A stretch of DNA of 64,000 nt from Glaucostegus cemiculus (taxonomy: Eukaryota). Both the position numbers and the translations under genes were made by a program. Under the pieces are notes generated by a model. That model was not told where the DNA came from. It did no database searches and saw only the letters and a program-made list of their open reading frames with translations. Position 1 is the first letter of the stretch. Each line of letters starts with the position of its first letter. The stretch lies in contig CDPCPM010000010.1 of assembly GCA_976551045.1 (NCBI GenBank), positions 23,932,001 through 23,996,000 on the forward strand, read 5' to 3'. Of the stretch, positions 1 to 12,910 are shown piece by piece.

Positions 1-184
1 TATAGCCCTTTGTTTCTTATAATGTGGCACGCCAGCCCCTTTCCACCATTTACAACTGGAGCATCTGGGTGGTTCACATACTGCTGACGTGGTTATGTTT
101 AAGGTAACTGCTAGAGGTTTCATAGATGTGACGGCAGCTCGACCTGTAACACATCAGGGCTATTGCTTCCCTTCCAACAGAAAT

Positions 185-1320
185 GTAGAGCTGTGGATGT
201 TGCTTACATAGATTTTGACAAGGTGTTTGAAAAGGTTCCTCATAGAGACTCATCCAGAAGATTAAGATGTGTGGGATCCAGTGACTTGGCTGTTTGGATT
301 CAGAATTGGGTTGCCCATGGAAGACAGAGGGTGGTGGTCATTGGGACTTATTCTGGCTGAAGGTCTGAGACTAGTGGTGCTCTGAAGGTATCTGTACTGA
401 GACCTCTGCTGTTTTTGAGATATATGAATGCATACACACATACATAAACATACATACTGTACATACACACATATATGATATGAAGATTGGTGGTGTTATG
501 GATAGCGTAGATAATTGCCAAAGGATACAATGGGATATAGATTAGTTGCAGATATGGGCAGAGAAATGGCAGATGGAGTTTAACCCAGTCAAATTTGAGG
601 CATTGCATCTTGGGAGATCAAATGTAACAGGACGAGACCCGTAACAGTGTTGAAGTACAGAGGGATCTTGGGGTGAGTCCATAGCTACCTGAAAGTGGCT
701 GTACAGGTTGGTACAGTGGTAAAGGCAGTTTATAGCATGCTTGCCTTTATTTGTCAAGGTACTGAGTTCAAGAGTCGGGAAGTTATGTTTCAGCTTTATA
801 AAACTCTGGTTAGGCCGCATCTGGAGTATTGCAGTTCGCCACATTATAGGAAGAATGCTGAGGCTCTGGAGAGGATACAGAACAGGTTTACCAGAATGCT
901 GCCTGGATTAGAGGGCAGTTTCTTCTGGAGTGCCAGAAGCTGAAAGGAAACCTAATAGAAGTTTATAAAATTATGTAGATAGAGTAGACAGTTGGTATCT
1001 TTTTTTCCCAGCGTCAATGTCTAATACTAGAAGGCATGCATTTAAGGTGAGAGGGGGCAAGTTCAAAGGAGATGTGCGGGGCAAGTTTTTTGTTTTAAAA
1101 ACAGAGTGGTGAGTGCCGGGAATACACTGCCAGGGATGGTAGTAGAGGCAAATGCAATAGAGGCATTTAAGAGGCTCTTAGGGACATGAATGTGCAAAGA
1201 ATGGAGAAAAATGGGCATTATGTTGGCAGAAGGTTTTAGTTTAGTTAGGTGTTTAATTAGTTCAGCACGACACTGTGGGCCAAAAGGCTTGATCCTGTGC
1301 TGTACTGTTCTATGTTCTAG
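185..1320 (+). mobile_element. CR1/HER1-type LINE, 5'-truncated and decayed
   Basis: AVDVAYIDFDKVFEKVPH, QLYKTLVRPHLEYC and LERIQNRFTRMLPGL; 3' tail gggccaaaaggc...gtgctgtactgttctatgttcta; frameshifts and a TA/CA microsatellite at about 420-480. Confidence 0.9.
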
Positions 1321-2577
1321 AAAGCCTGTTTTGGAAATGTACTTTAAAAGGACATGCAAGACAATGCTATCACCTACGTACTATGACTCTGAGCCATATT
1401 TGCGTAAATGGATTCAGGTCACTTGAAATGCAAAGTAATGCGTGTTTAATTTTAAGGCTGCACCAACTCAGAGACTACATAACAAAGTCATCCAATCGAA
1501 ATATCCCATTATGCAAGCTCTGCCTGAGTAATTAACCTCAAGCAGCACTTCTAGTGCCACTATCCATTAAAACAATGAGCAAAATAAAGCCTGGATATTT
1601 TGAGATGTTTAAAAAAAAACCACATATTTCAGATACAGGGGAAGAGTAGATAGTGCCAACAACAAAAGAACTGCAGCATTTTATGACAACTGCCATTAAT
1701 TCTGTGCTTATCAGTAAGTCTTCAACTTGTATTCCTTTCTTATTATATCAAAGATATACTGTAGCTGCAATAAAATGTTGATGCAGACTTGAATTGATCC
1801 TACAGTCATCAGATTGTTCCAAATCTCTTATCTACTCCCTACTTCATTTTGTGCAGTAGTTACAGAAACAAATTTAGGGTTACATAAAAGATTGCAACTT
1901 ATCTGTGAACAACTGAACTTGAGTGTGCTGTAAGTTCAGTGAAAATCTGAAATTTTTAAATTAACAGTCCCATGGGAATTCCATACCATGAGGAGCAAAT
2001 GGTCATGGTTTATACAGTAACACTTGTCTGACCTTACAAGTTATGAATGTGGTGGGTAGAACCTGCAATTGACCTCTTCTTCAATTTTCTATACAAAGGC
2101 AACTTGGATCAATTTATAATGGAACAACTTGCTTCATAACCAGCTTGTAGCTGTGTGCTACCTATTACTCCAATGACTATGCAAAATACTGTGGTTTGTC
2201 ATTTCTACATCCCTGAACTTTCACTCTCCCATGACTAACCTCATGTAGCTCAGTGGAGTAATACAGACCATATAGCACCAGCTCATCTGTTGAGTTCCAA
2301 CTATCATTGGCCAGGAAAGTGGTCTGATAGCAAAAAAACAAGTAGTTCATGGGAAGAGTGAGTGTGGCTGTTAGTTCAGTCAGATTTGGAAAAGAGATGT
2401 CTGACAGAGGAGAACTTGCTCATTAGCATAACATATGATGTACATGTCACAGAATATGAATTATAGGTATAGGACAGCCATGATGAAGCTTTAGTAATCA
2501 ATGACCATAGCAGCAACAAGTAGCTATTTTAAAGGTAATGTACAGTTAGCCATTGAGAGCTAGTTAAACCAGCTTAC

Positions 2578-2768
2578 TTTTTTCTATCTTTGTCTTTCTT
2601 GACTGGCTGCTGTCCTGTAGCCTGGAAACTTTGCCCCTGCAGCGTCTGGGCTGCCATTCTCCGTCGGTTGAATGCATTCATCTCTTCTTCCAATTCTCGT
2701 CGCTTCTCCTCCAGTTTTTTCTTCTCTTCCTGGTGTGTTTTCTTCAATTGATCAAACTGATCATGAAG
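2578..2768 (-). CDS. SEPTIN8: Septin-8 exon 9 (191 nt; coiled coil and basic tail)
   Basis: tttgtgttacag| acceptor and AA|GTAAGC donor; encodes [63 protein letters not shown]. Reading through the donor gives AAG TAA (stop at 2574-2576). Confidence 0.95.
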
Positions 2769-3317
2769 CTGTAACACAAAGCCAAGTGCACTGAGGCAAA
2801 CAAAAACTTAAATATCCATTTTTTTTCTTATAGGAAAGATGGTAATTATATTTATAACAACCCTCGTCCTTCCAGTATCACAGATACTGTCTGATTCTCC
2901 ACAGTATCAGAGTGCAAAAATTCTAAATTTATTATCTTCAGTTTACACATGGGTACTCTAAGAACTTTGTTCAAATTTTAATTCTTGATGCTCCCTTCAA
3001 CACATGCTTTCCCCGTTACAAAGGAAATTGATGCATTAAGCTTTGCTATGAAACAGTCAGGTAAGGTCATTCACGCAAAATGTTTGATGCTTACTTTTAA
3101 ATATTTATCTTTTTTGCCTTATTACATAATAGAACAGTGTGCTGGGGATCTGAATCTTTAATTCTAGAACGTTCTGTACTTATAAATTCAGATCTGAAAT
3201 TCCATTACGTACAGAAGTATTAATACAAAGTAAGATATTCTTTTTCTTCTTTTTGATATCACTTTGTGTGGACTATCAATAAGGAAGTTGAAGGGAATTG
3301 TGGTAAAAATAACAACA

Positions 3318-3515
3318 GAAAAAATTCTGCAAAGACTCAGCAGCTTGGACAGCACTTGCGGTGGGAGAAACTTTACTTTTCAGGTAAATGACCTTTCATC
3401 AGAACTGATTAAGGATCTTCAACCTGAAACATTAGCTCTGTTTCTCTTTTCACAAATGCTGCCTGACCAACATTTTATTTTCAGATTTCCAGCAGCCACA
3501 GGTATTTTTGTTTGA
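3318..3515. repeat. Fold-back Penelope-pLTR-derived repeat with two opposed hammerhead-like cores
   Basis: The minus strand has CTGATGAAAGGTCATTTACCTGAAA. The plus strand has CTGATTAAGGATCTTCAACCTGAAACATT, followed by tgctgcctgacc...tcagatttccagca. Confidence 0.7.
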
Positions 3516-3754
3516 TTTTCAATAGTGGTAAGAATGTCTTTAGGAAATACGATTAAATGTTTCTAGTCGTTCTTCAGTGAAACTAAATGAGTGCAGCATT
3601 AAGAAATGAATACATTGCACTACCAGTGACTGATACACGAGCACCCATTTAGCTGTAGTCACCAAAGGGTAGTTTCTAGCCCACAGAACTTATGGATTCA
3701 GCAAGGCAGTCGATAAAACTTGACCAATTTCCACTTCCTAGAAAAATGGCTCAC

Positions 3755-3887
3755 CTCCTTTTCCTTCTCTTTCAGATCTGTCTCAGTTTCTTTAACTCTC
3801 ATGACAAACATTTGCCTCATTTCCTCCTCTTTTTTCTGCAGTTCACTCATAAATTCATTCCTCTTGGCTTCATAGGTTTCCTGCAGG
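3755..3887 (-). CDS. SEPTIN8: Septin-8 exon 8 (133 nt; coiled coil)
   Basis: ttctgtgtttag| acceptor and GAG|GTGAGC donor; encodes [44 protein letters not shown]. Confidence 0.96.
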
Positions 3888-5289
3888 CTAAACACAGAAC
3901 AAGGTATTTCAAATTATTGATCAACAGCTAAATCAGTCTTCAGCAAATCGTATAGATCAGTTAAAAATACACTTAATTGAGAACCAGTTTAATTGTGGCA
4001 GATGCATAGTTAAGCTGTCTTTATTTTATCCCATCAGCTCATCTCAGCTTCAAAGACCACTATTCAACAACTAACGTAACCATTTCTATTCATCATGTTA
4101 TCCGTTTGTGTGACGTGCATGAAATAAATTTTCAATTTTTATTGTATTCCCAAGACCTCCAGCCAAAGTAAATTTGTGCAGAATGGAAAACATTTTTTCC
4201 ATGCTTGGGCTAAATTTGAAATCTGACCCCACAAGAGAAATGACCACAGGTTATGCTATTCACAACTTAGTTTTCAAATCATCAAGCCATGATCAAGTTT
4301 CTAGACACCACCTTCTCAATATATTAGAAATTAAACAGTGATAAAAGAATAAGGCAATATCCCAGCCTTGTTCAATCTGAAAAGCCATGCACAATTAAGC
4401 ACATACTTAGACAAAGAAATTTCTAAGATTTTCCAGCACCAACAAATTTTCAAATTTCCATAAACTTGCAACATTAAAATCCAGGTAACATTAGCTTTGT
4501 CTACCTTCCCAGCTGTCCACTAAACAATAGGTTTGAAGATTGGCTGCTAAGTTACTTCTACACCTTTACTAGCATAGTTACTGAAAAGTGTACAAGGCAT
4601 CCTGAGGAACTACCTTGTATTTCTACAGGGAAACAACCTGTACCCCTCAAGCAGAATGGCCAAGATTGTCCACATATTATGTCCACAAATGTATCTACAT
4701 CACATCTCAGCACTAGTAGGTAGTAAAATCAATATGAACGCTACTACCCCTCAGCCCAAGTTGACAGTCAAAAAGATGATAATGAAATCCATCAAAGCCT
4801 GTAAATTTCATATTGGAAATGATTATCTTCACAAATTCCAAAGCTTAGCCCACAGTGTTCAATATTCACATTTATATTTGTCTGGACTTAGTATCTCCAA
4901 TCCTTATGCAAAATGCTTCACAACTCTAGTTTATTAAATCGTTGAGCCTGGTCTTACCACAGTGAAGTATCAGGGGATGTGTTGGGGCTGCTGCAATAAC
5001 TGGAATTCACCAAAGAACTGAAATCTATGAGAACAATCATGCCAGGTGATTAAAATAAAAGAATCTGACTAGGTTTCCAAATCTGAATAGGTGCAATACC
5101 TTTGTCTTGCTAAATAAAAAGGAAATTCTGTTCAGATGTGCAGGAAACTAAGTAAACACAACTTCAAGGATCACTAACCACAGCCATTTGAAGATTGAAT
5201 TCTTCCAGTAAGTTGTACCTAGATTTAGATCTGAGCAGTTTCTTTGTACATTTAAAACCCCTTGCTAGTTTTGCCTTCAGATTTAAAAA

Positions 5290-5500
5290 AAAGAAGAGTT
5301 TGGGAAAGCACAAATACGTTAATAGCAAACTGTGTTTTACCATTTTGATAGTCTTTTTTGATGGAGTTGATGAGGGTAGTGCAGTCAGTGTAGTGTACAT
5401 GAGCTTCTAGAATACATTTTGATAAAATACTGCATAAGAGGGTTATCAGCAAAGTTAAAGCACATGGAATAAAAAGGGACATTGAGAATAGACTTGGACT
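5290..5500 (+). mobile_element. Short CR1 RT fragment
   Basis: FFDGVDEGSAVSVVYMSF...KVKAHGIK resembles the CR1 RT segment VDEGxAVDVVYMDF. Confidence 0.65.
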
Positions 5501-5504
5501 ATCT

Positions 5505-6818
5505 CTTGCACCTTTCTCTCCTCCTTCAATCTTTCCATCTCCATCTCAGGAGACTCCTTATCCACCAACATCTTCTACAAACCCACTGACCCCCCACAGC
5601 TACCTCGATTACAGCTCCTCCCAACCTGTCTCTTGCAAGAACTCTATCCCTTTTTCTCAATTTTTCAGCCTCATCTGCTCCCATGATGAGGCTTTTTACT
5701 CCAGGACATCCGAGGTGTGCAACTTCTTTACCAACAGTGGCTTCCCCCCTACCGTGGTCAACAGAGTTAGCACCTGCCTCTCTGCCATTGCCTGCACATC
5801 TGCTCTCACCCCTACCCCTCCCAGATCCAACATGGACAGGGTCCCACTTGTCCTCACATTTCATCCTACCAGCCTACGTATCCAACACATCATTCTCTGC
5901 CATCTCCAATGGGACCCCACCACCAAGCACATCATCTCCTCCCCACCCCTTTCTGCCTTTAGCAGGGACTGCTCTCTCCACAACTCCCTAGTTCACTCCT
6001 CCCTCCCTACCCATCCTGCTCCCACCCAGGGGACTTTCCACTGCCCCCGCCATAGGTGCCGCACCTGCCCCAACACCACCTCCATCCAGGGACCCAAACA
6101 GTCCTTTCAGGTGAGACAGATTCACCTGCACCTCCCTTAATATCGTCTACTGCATTCGGTGCTCCAAGTGTGGCCTCCTCTACATTGGCAAGACCAAATA
6201 CAGACTAGGCGACTGTTTCACAGAACACCTGTGCTCCGTCCGTAACTGCGATCTGCATCTCACTTCAACTCCCTCTCCATCACAGATATGTCAGTCCTTT
6301 GCCGCCTCCACTACCAGGAGAAGTCCAAGTGCAAACTGGAGGAACAGCACCTCATTTTCTGTCTTGGAACCTTGCAGCTTAATGCCATTAATACTGAATT
6401 CTCCCACTTTAAGTAATCCCCACATCACCACCCCCACAAAATGCCCCTTCTTTACTTCACTTACTGAGTTTCTCTTTCTTTTTTCTACCCTTTTCTCCTC
6501 CTTACCTTTGACCATTCCCCCAGTGGATCTGCTCTCCCCTCCTCCCCCACACCTGCCTATCACTATCTCTTACCTGTATCTACTTATCACAACCTTGTGC
6601 CCACCTGCCTCCTCTCTTTTGTCCACCTATCACTGATCTGCTTTTCTCTCCTTTCTATTGGGCTTCCCCTTTTCCTATCTTTAGTCCTGAAGAAGGGTCC
6701 TGACCCGAAACATTGACCGCCTGCTTTTCTCCCCAGATGTTGCCTGGCCTGCTGAGTTCCTCCAGCATCACCATATTTTTCATCTAGATTCCAGCATCTG
6801 CTGTCCTTTATTTCTCCT
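5505..6818 (+). mobile_element. Penelope-like element, 3' portion (RT C-terminus, GIY-YIG endonuclease, pLTR)
   Basis: TNIFYKPTD.HSYLDY and RVPLVLTFHP, then NIVYCIRCSKCGLLYIGKT..RLGDCFTEH and EEQHLIFCLGTLQ...N.EF (GIY-YIG). Stop at 6414-6416, followed by a pyrimidine-rich UTR and a hammerhead motif. Frameshifted. Confidence 0.9.
6683..6718 (+). ncRNA. Minimal hammerhead-ribozyme motif in the Penelope pLTR (likely decayed)
   Basis: gtc-CTGAAGA-a-gggtc-ct-gaccc-GAAAC-att-gac: conserved core, stem II and a short stem I. The expected ACGT palindrome reads ACAT. Confidence 0.65.
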
Positions 6819-7066
6819 GTAATCCACTCAAATTCAAGAAATGAAAATCAACTGCAGCATATATTTAAAAGTCATCAAGGCATCATCAAGGACTCTACAT
6901 TTGTTCAAATCTCCTGTTTATTCAGCATGGGATAGGTTACTTTTTGCACTTATGAAGAGTTTCTGCTGACCTCCAGTCCTGTTCAATAAATATATAACTT
7001 TCACCATACAGAATTAAATTTATGATTTTATAATTTTTCTTCAAATATTGAAGGAGATTTTCTGAC

Positions 7067-7235
7067 CTGAATGGCTTGCTGTCAGGATCCGTGTCCTTGA
7101 ATCCCATCTCCTCCAGTTTGCATCGCCGATATAACTCGTAGTGCCTTGTATGTGTCTGCTCCCTCAGGTCCTCCATATTAACACGAATCAGCATTTCACG
7201 CAGCTTCACAAAGTCACAATGATTTTCATTTTCAA
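7067..7235 (-). CDS. SEPTIN8: Septin-8 exon 7 (169 nt)
   Basis: gttcttttaacag| acceptor and AG|GTCAGA donor; encodes [55 protein letters not shown](S). Confidence 0.96.
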
Positions 7236-7695
7236 CTGTTAAAAGAACAAATATATTTAAATATTCCTCCATGTGTATCTAGTTTAATTATTTGCTAAGG
7301 AAGCTAATATTAAGGAATAAAATATCTTGCATCCCCATTTACCATCCAGTAGACAAAACAACTTAATACACACGATGACCCATTGGATGAAGACATCCAA
7401 TTGTTCTACTGAACAAGCAAATCATTTACACTTAAATTATACTCATTACAGAATCTAACAAAAATGGAAAGAATATTTGACAGGATTTCACAACAGAAAT
7501 GCAAACAGTGCATGTTCCCTTAAATATTGATGGCAAAGCTCCATTTTCTAAAAATATAAAGAGACTAGCATATAATAATAACTGTACCAACATTAACTTC
7601 CCTTCAAGTGTCCCTTACTGCTCTTTTCTGAGAACTGCATCATGAATACCTTACAAAAAGCAACTTTGCATCAATTTTATGAAACTTCCACCTAC

Positions 7696-7792
7696 CCTGA
7701 ACAACACCCCATGGGTACTGCCGAGCTTTCACCAGTTTATTCCCCACTTTCACCTCTTCCATACTGCCAACAACTGCAAACGGGATATGAGC
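7696..7792 (-). CDS. SEPTIN8: Septin-8 exon 6 (97 nt)
   Basis: ttcttcctttag| acceptor and CAGG|GTAGGT donor; encodes [32 protein letters not shown](V). Confidence 0.96.
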
Positions 7793-8376
7793 CTAAAGGA
7801 AGAAAATGCAGATCTGTATATAACAAAGCATCAAGCCCTTCCCTCCCCCCCAATGCTGTTGTCTCTCAAAATATCTTGAATTCATTAACTAATTTCTTTA
7901 AGGAATGGTAGGTGATGTGATGGACAGTTTTGATAGGAAAGTATTCTGACATGATCAACAATGTGCAAAGTTTTAATTACAACTGAAAATTTGTTTTCAT
8001 GTTGCTGAGCTATAAAGGAAATGATTCTGCAACTTTACAGTTGAATTTATAGCAACAGATGATTTAATTTGCTTTTACACTCATTTGCAACTGCTGGCTT
8101 CTTAATGAACAGGTGGCATTTCTGCTTCTGCAGCCTTTGGACAACAGGACAAATACTGAACAACTTCAGATTTTATGGTGCGAGCTTAAATAAGACCAGT
8201 AAACATTTACTTAAAACTCCTTCAGAATCATCACAGAGAGAATTTGAGAGCAAAAAAAAAATTAAAATGACATTCTGCTCATGCAATACATGCTCCTGCA
8301 TGTCTCATCTTTCAGCAAAGAGAAAACAATGAACAGTCAAAGACAATGAGTTCCTGCAGGAGGTTCCAGTACTTAC

Positions 8377-8538
8377 ATTCATTGTTGAGTTGATCTCTGC
8401 CACTGCATCATCATCTGTTGGGAACTGGTATATCTGCACACCATTGCTGACCAGTTCACTCATTATTTTTATCTTAAATTTATGTAACTCACTTTTTGAA
8501 ATTGTATCTGCCTTGGCTACAATGGGAATAATATTTAC
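8377..8538 (-). CDS. SEPTIN8: Septin-8 exon 5 (162 nt; G4 AKAD)
   Basis: gcaattttag| acceptor and AAT|GTAAGT donor; encodes [54 protein letters not shown]. Confidence 0.96.
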
Positions 8539-9069
8539 CTAAAATTGCAAAAGAAAAATCTAGATGAGATAGTTGGAAAATCTTATTCAGTGTGATCACA
8601 CTGTAAGTGAATGAACATTGAGTATACTCACACTTATTGACATTAGCACTCTTTTCCTTTTGATAAATTTCCCTAACACATGCATTTGAAAAGATTAAAC
8701 AGCCATTACTATTGGCTGCCATATGATTAAATAAAAATTATTCTTCACATTGTCTCAGCTTGAGGCAAAGAAGTTAGAAATACAACATTTGCAATTAATG
8801 CTTTTAAAGAGCCATTTAAGATAAAACAATTACCACTTTCAAGTTATAGATAATCACTGAACAAGAGCCATGTATTCAAGATAGATAAACAGCATTATCA
8901 ACTGTCACATTAATCTCCAGGATATTGTTTATGGGAATGAAGTCACATTTCAATTTTGTGATAATAGAAGGGAACCAGCTGGGGACGGCTACCACCGAGC
9001 TGGCTTCTTGTGCACAATTCCTGGCATTCAATATACTCAGCCACTTTGGTAAACAACAGTACAGTCTAC

Positions 9070-9245
9070 AAATATTCTTTTGTTCTCTCTAACCTTCCCC
9101 TTCTATGCAACTTAAAATATGCTGATTTTTTAAATATATTTTGTCTGGATCTGATGAAAGGTCATCAACTTAAAACATTAGCTGTTTCTCCTCCCATAGA
9201 TGCTGCCTGGTACACTGAGCATTTCCAATTCTCTGTCTTCATTCT
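9070..9245 (+). repeat. Penelope-pLTR-derived repeat with decayed hammerhead core
   Basis: ctgatgaaaggtcatcaacttaaaacattagctg...agatgctgcctggtacactgagcatttcc. Confidence 0.65.
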
Positions 9246-9479
9246 GCTCGATCTTCCTGCAAACATGATCAAGACAGAAAACAATGCAGCCTCAGACCAA
9301 GCCCTCATTGCATCTACAGCAAAGTAATGCGGGAACATTAAATATAGACCAAGGAATAAATACAAATGACCTCCTTCAAAAGTATGGCTAAAGTAAAAGG
9401 GAAGGAGAGTGCAGGAGAGGTTACTGAAATCTCCAGAATAAATAATAAGATAAAGTTTAGAAAGGGATAAGAATTTAAC

Positions 9480-12400
9480 CTCTTGCAATATGGAGACAAA
9501 TTTGAGAAGGATGGTGAATACAGGACTGGGGTGTTATATCTGAATGCACACAGTATAAGAAATAAGGTAGATGAGCTTAGCGCACAGTTAGAAATTGGCA
9601 GGTACAACATTGTGGGCATCACAGAGTCGTGGTTGAAAGAAGATCACAGCTGGGAGCTAAACATCCAAGGATACATATCCTATCGAAATGGCAGGCAGGT
9701 GCGCAGAGGGGGTGGGGTGGCTCTGTTGGGAAAAAATGAAATCAAATCCTTAGCAAGAAGTGACATGGGATCAGAAGATGTAGAATCCATGTGGGTAGAG
9801 TTAAGAAACTGCAGGGGTAAAAAAAACTCTGATGGGAGTTAAATACAGGCCTCCAAATAGTAGCCAGTATGTGGGGTACAAATTACAACAGGAGATAGAA
9901 AAGGCATGTAAAAAGGGCAATGTTACAGTGGTCATGGAGGATTTCAATATGCAGGGAGATTGGGAAAAATCAGGTTGGTAATGGATTCCGAGAGGGAATT
10001 TGTAGAGTGCCCACAAGATGGTTTTTTTTTAGAGCAGCTTGTGGTCGATCCCACTAGGGAAAAAACAATTCTGGATTTGGTATTGTGCAATGAACCAGAT
10101 TTGATTAAGGAGCTTAAGATAAAGGAACCCTTAGGAGGCAGTGATCATAATATAATAGAATTCACCCTGCAGTTTGAGAGGGAAAAGCTAAAATCAGATC
10201 TCAAGATAAGGGAGCAGAAGTAGGCCATTCAGCCCTTCGAGTCTGCTCCATGAGAAGGAGAGAAAAGATAACATATCTATCCCCAATTTCCAGCCTTATC
10301 CCCATATCCCTTGATACGTTGATTAATTAGGTACCTATCCAACTCCCCTTTAAATGCCCCCACTGACTGAGCCTCCACAGCTGTATGTGGCAGAGAATTC
10401 CACAATCAGTATTACAGTTGAGTAAAGGTAACTAGGTAACTACAGAGGCAGGAGAGAGGAGCTGGCCAAATCTGACCCCAGCAAGTGGAGCAGCAATGGC
10501 AGGAGTTTCTGGAAATGATTTGGAAGATGCAGAATCAGTTCATTCCAAAGCAGCAGCATTCTAAGAAGGGAGGTTGAGGCAACCATGGCTGACAAGGGAA
10601 GTCAAAGACAGCATAAAAGCAAAAGGAGGGCATACAATATTGCAAAAATTAGTGGTGAGCTAGAGGATTGAGAAGCTTTTAAAAGCCCACAGAAGGCAAC
10701 TAAAATAGCAACAAGATGAAATATGATGGTAAGCAAGCCAATAATATAAAAGAGGATGCCAAAAGTTTTTTGTTAGATATATAAAGAATGAAAGAGAGGC
10801 AAGAGTGGATATCAGACTGCTGGAAAATGACACTGGAGAGATAGTAATGGGGAACAAAGAAATGACGGATGAACTGAATAAGAATTTTGCATCAGTCTTC
10901 ACTGTGGAAGACACCAGCAACATGCCAGAAATTCAAGAGAGTCAGGTGACAGAAGTGAGTGCAGTCACTATTACTAAGGAGAAGGTGCTTGGGAAGCTGA
11001 AAGGTCTGAAGGTAGATAAGTCACCTGGACCGGATGGACTACACCCCAGGGTTCTGAAAGAGGTAGCTGAAGAGATTGCAGAGGCATCAGTAGTGATCTT
11101 TCAAGAATCACTAGATTCGGGAATGGTTCTAGAGGACTGGACAAAAAAAAAATCACAAAACATCACTCCACTCTTTAAGAAGAGGGAGGGAGGCAAAAGA
11201 CAGGAAATTATAGGCCAGTGAGCCTGACTTCAGTGGTTGGCAAGATGTTAGGAATCCATTATTAAGGATGAGGTTTGGGAGTATTTGGAAGCACATGATA
11301 CATTTGGCCAAAGTCAGCATGGTTTTTTTAAGGGGAGATCTTGCTTGACAGATCTGTTGAAATTCTTTGAGGAAATAACAAGGCAGGATAGAGAGAGTCA
11401 GTGGATGTTGTTTACTTGAATTTTCAGAAGGCCTTTGACAAGGTGCCGCACAAGAGACTGCTAAACAAGATAGGAGTGCATGGTATTACGGGAAAGGTAC
11501 CAGCACAGATAGAAGATTGGCTGACTGACAGAAGGCAAAGAATGCAATAAAGGGGGCCTTTTCTGGTTGGCTGTCGGTGACTACTAGTGTCCCACAGGGG
11601 TTGATGTTGGGTCTGCTACTTTTCACATTATATGTCAATGATCTGGATGACAGCATTAATGGCTTTGTGGCCAAGTTTGCAGATGATACAAAGGTAAGTG
11701 GAGGTGTAGGTAGTGTTGAGGAAGCAAGGAATCTGCAGAAGGACTTGGACAGGTTGGGAGAATGGGCAAAAGGAGTGGCAGATGGAATACAGCGTGGGGA
11801 AGTGTATGGTCATGCACTTTGGTAGATGGAATAATGGGAAGCATATTCAAAAATCAGAGGTGTAAAGGGACTTGGGAGTCCTTGTACAGGATTTCCTAAA
11901 GGTTAACTTGCAGGTTGAATCGTGAGTAAGGAAATGCAATGTTAGCATTCATTTCAAGAGGACTAGAATATAAAAGCAAGGATTATAATACTGAGCAGTT
12001 TTGGGCCCCATATCTAAGGAAGGAGGTGCTGGCATTGGAGCGGGTCCAACGGAGGTTTACAAGAATGATCCCAGGAATGAAAGGGTTAATGAATGCGGAG
12101 CATTTGATGGCTTTGGGCCTATACTCACTGGAGTTTAGAAGGATGAGGGGGGATCTCATTGAAACCTACAGAATATATTGCAAAGCCTCAACAGACTGGA
12201 TGTTTCCAGTAGTGGGAGAGTCTTGGATGAGAGGGCACAGCCTCAGAATGGAAGGAAGTCCCTTTAGAACAGGGATGAGGAGGAATTTCTTTAGCTTGAG
12301 GGTGGTGAATCTGTGGAATTCATTGCCACAGACACTGTGGAGGTCAAGTCATTGGATATATTTAAAGTGGAGGTTGATAGATTCTTGATTAGTAAGGGCA

Positions 12401-12530
12401 TCAAAGGTTACAGGGAGAAGACAGGAGAATGGGGTTGAGAGGGAAAAATAAATCAGCCATGATCAAGTGGCAGAGCAGACTCAATGGGCCGACTGGCCTA
12501 ATTCTGCTCCTATGTCTTATGGTCTCTTGG
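9480..12530 (+). mobile_element. CR1 LINE ORF2 (APE endonuclease and RT), decayed, with 3' tail
   Basis: LYLNAHSIRNKVDEL..IVGITESWL, LGGSDHN, KSPGPDGLHPRVLKE, VPQGLMLG..KFADDTK and RRNFFSLRVVNLWNSLP; multiple frameshifts. Confidence 0.95.
10201..10404 (-). mobile_element. Short CR1-type 3' end inserted antisense inside the 9480-12530 CR1
   Basis: Reverse complement of a CR1 3' UTR (tgtggaattctctgccac...ctcgaagggctgaatggcctacttctgctcc). The host ORF2 resumes at atcagtattacag. Confidence 0.75.
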
Positions 12531-12744
12531 AAATTAAGCATTTTCCTTCCAATATTGTGGCTCAGAATCACAATCAGGTTTATTATCACCGACTTATATG
12601 TTGTGAAATTTGGGTTTTTTGCGGCAGCAGTTCAGTGTAAAGGCATGACGTTCTCACTTTTTCCAAGATTAACCACAAAAAGAAAATGCCAGGAAAATTT
12701 TATAACTGATTTCTTCTGAGCTCCAAATACCAACTTGACGTAAT

Positions 12745-12910
12745 AAACTAAAAATGCTTACGACACTCAGCAGGTCTAGCAGGCTTCTGCAGAAAGAGAA
12801 ATAAGGAAACAACATTAATTCTATTTCTCTTTCCAGAGATGCTGACTGACCTACTAAGTACTTCCACCATTTTCCATTTTTAATTTCAGATTTCCAGCAT
12901 CTGCAGTTCA
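12745..12910. repeat. Fold-back pLTR-derived repeat, hammerhead core deleted
   Basis: actcagcaggtctagcaggcttctg is inverted relative to cagagatgctgactgacctactaagt...tcagatttccagcatctgcag. Confidence 0.65.
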
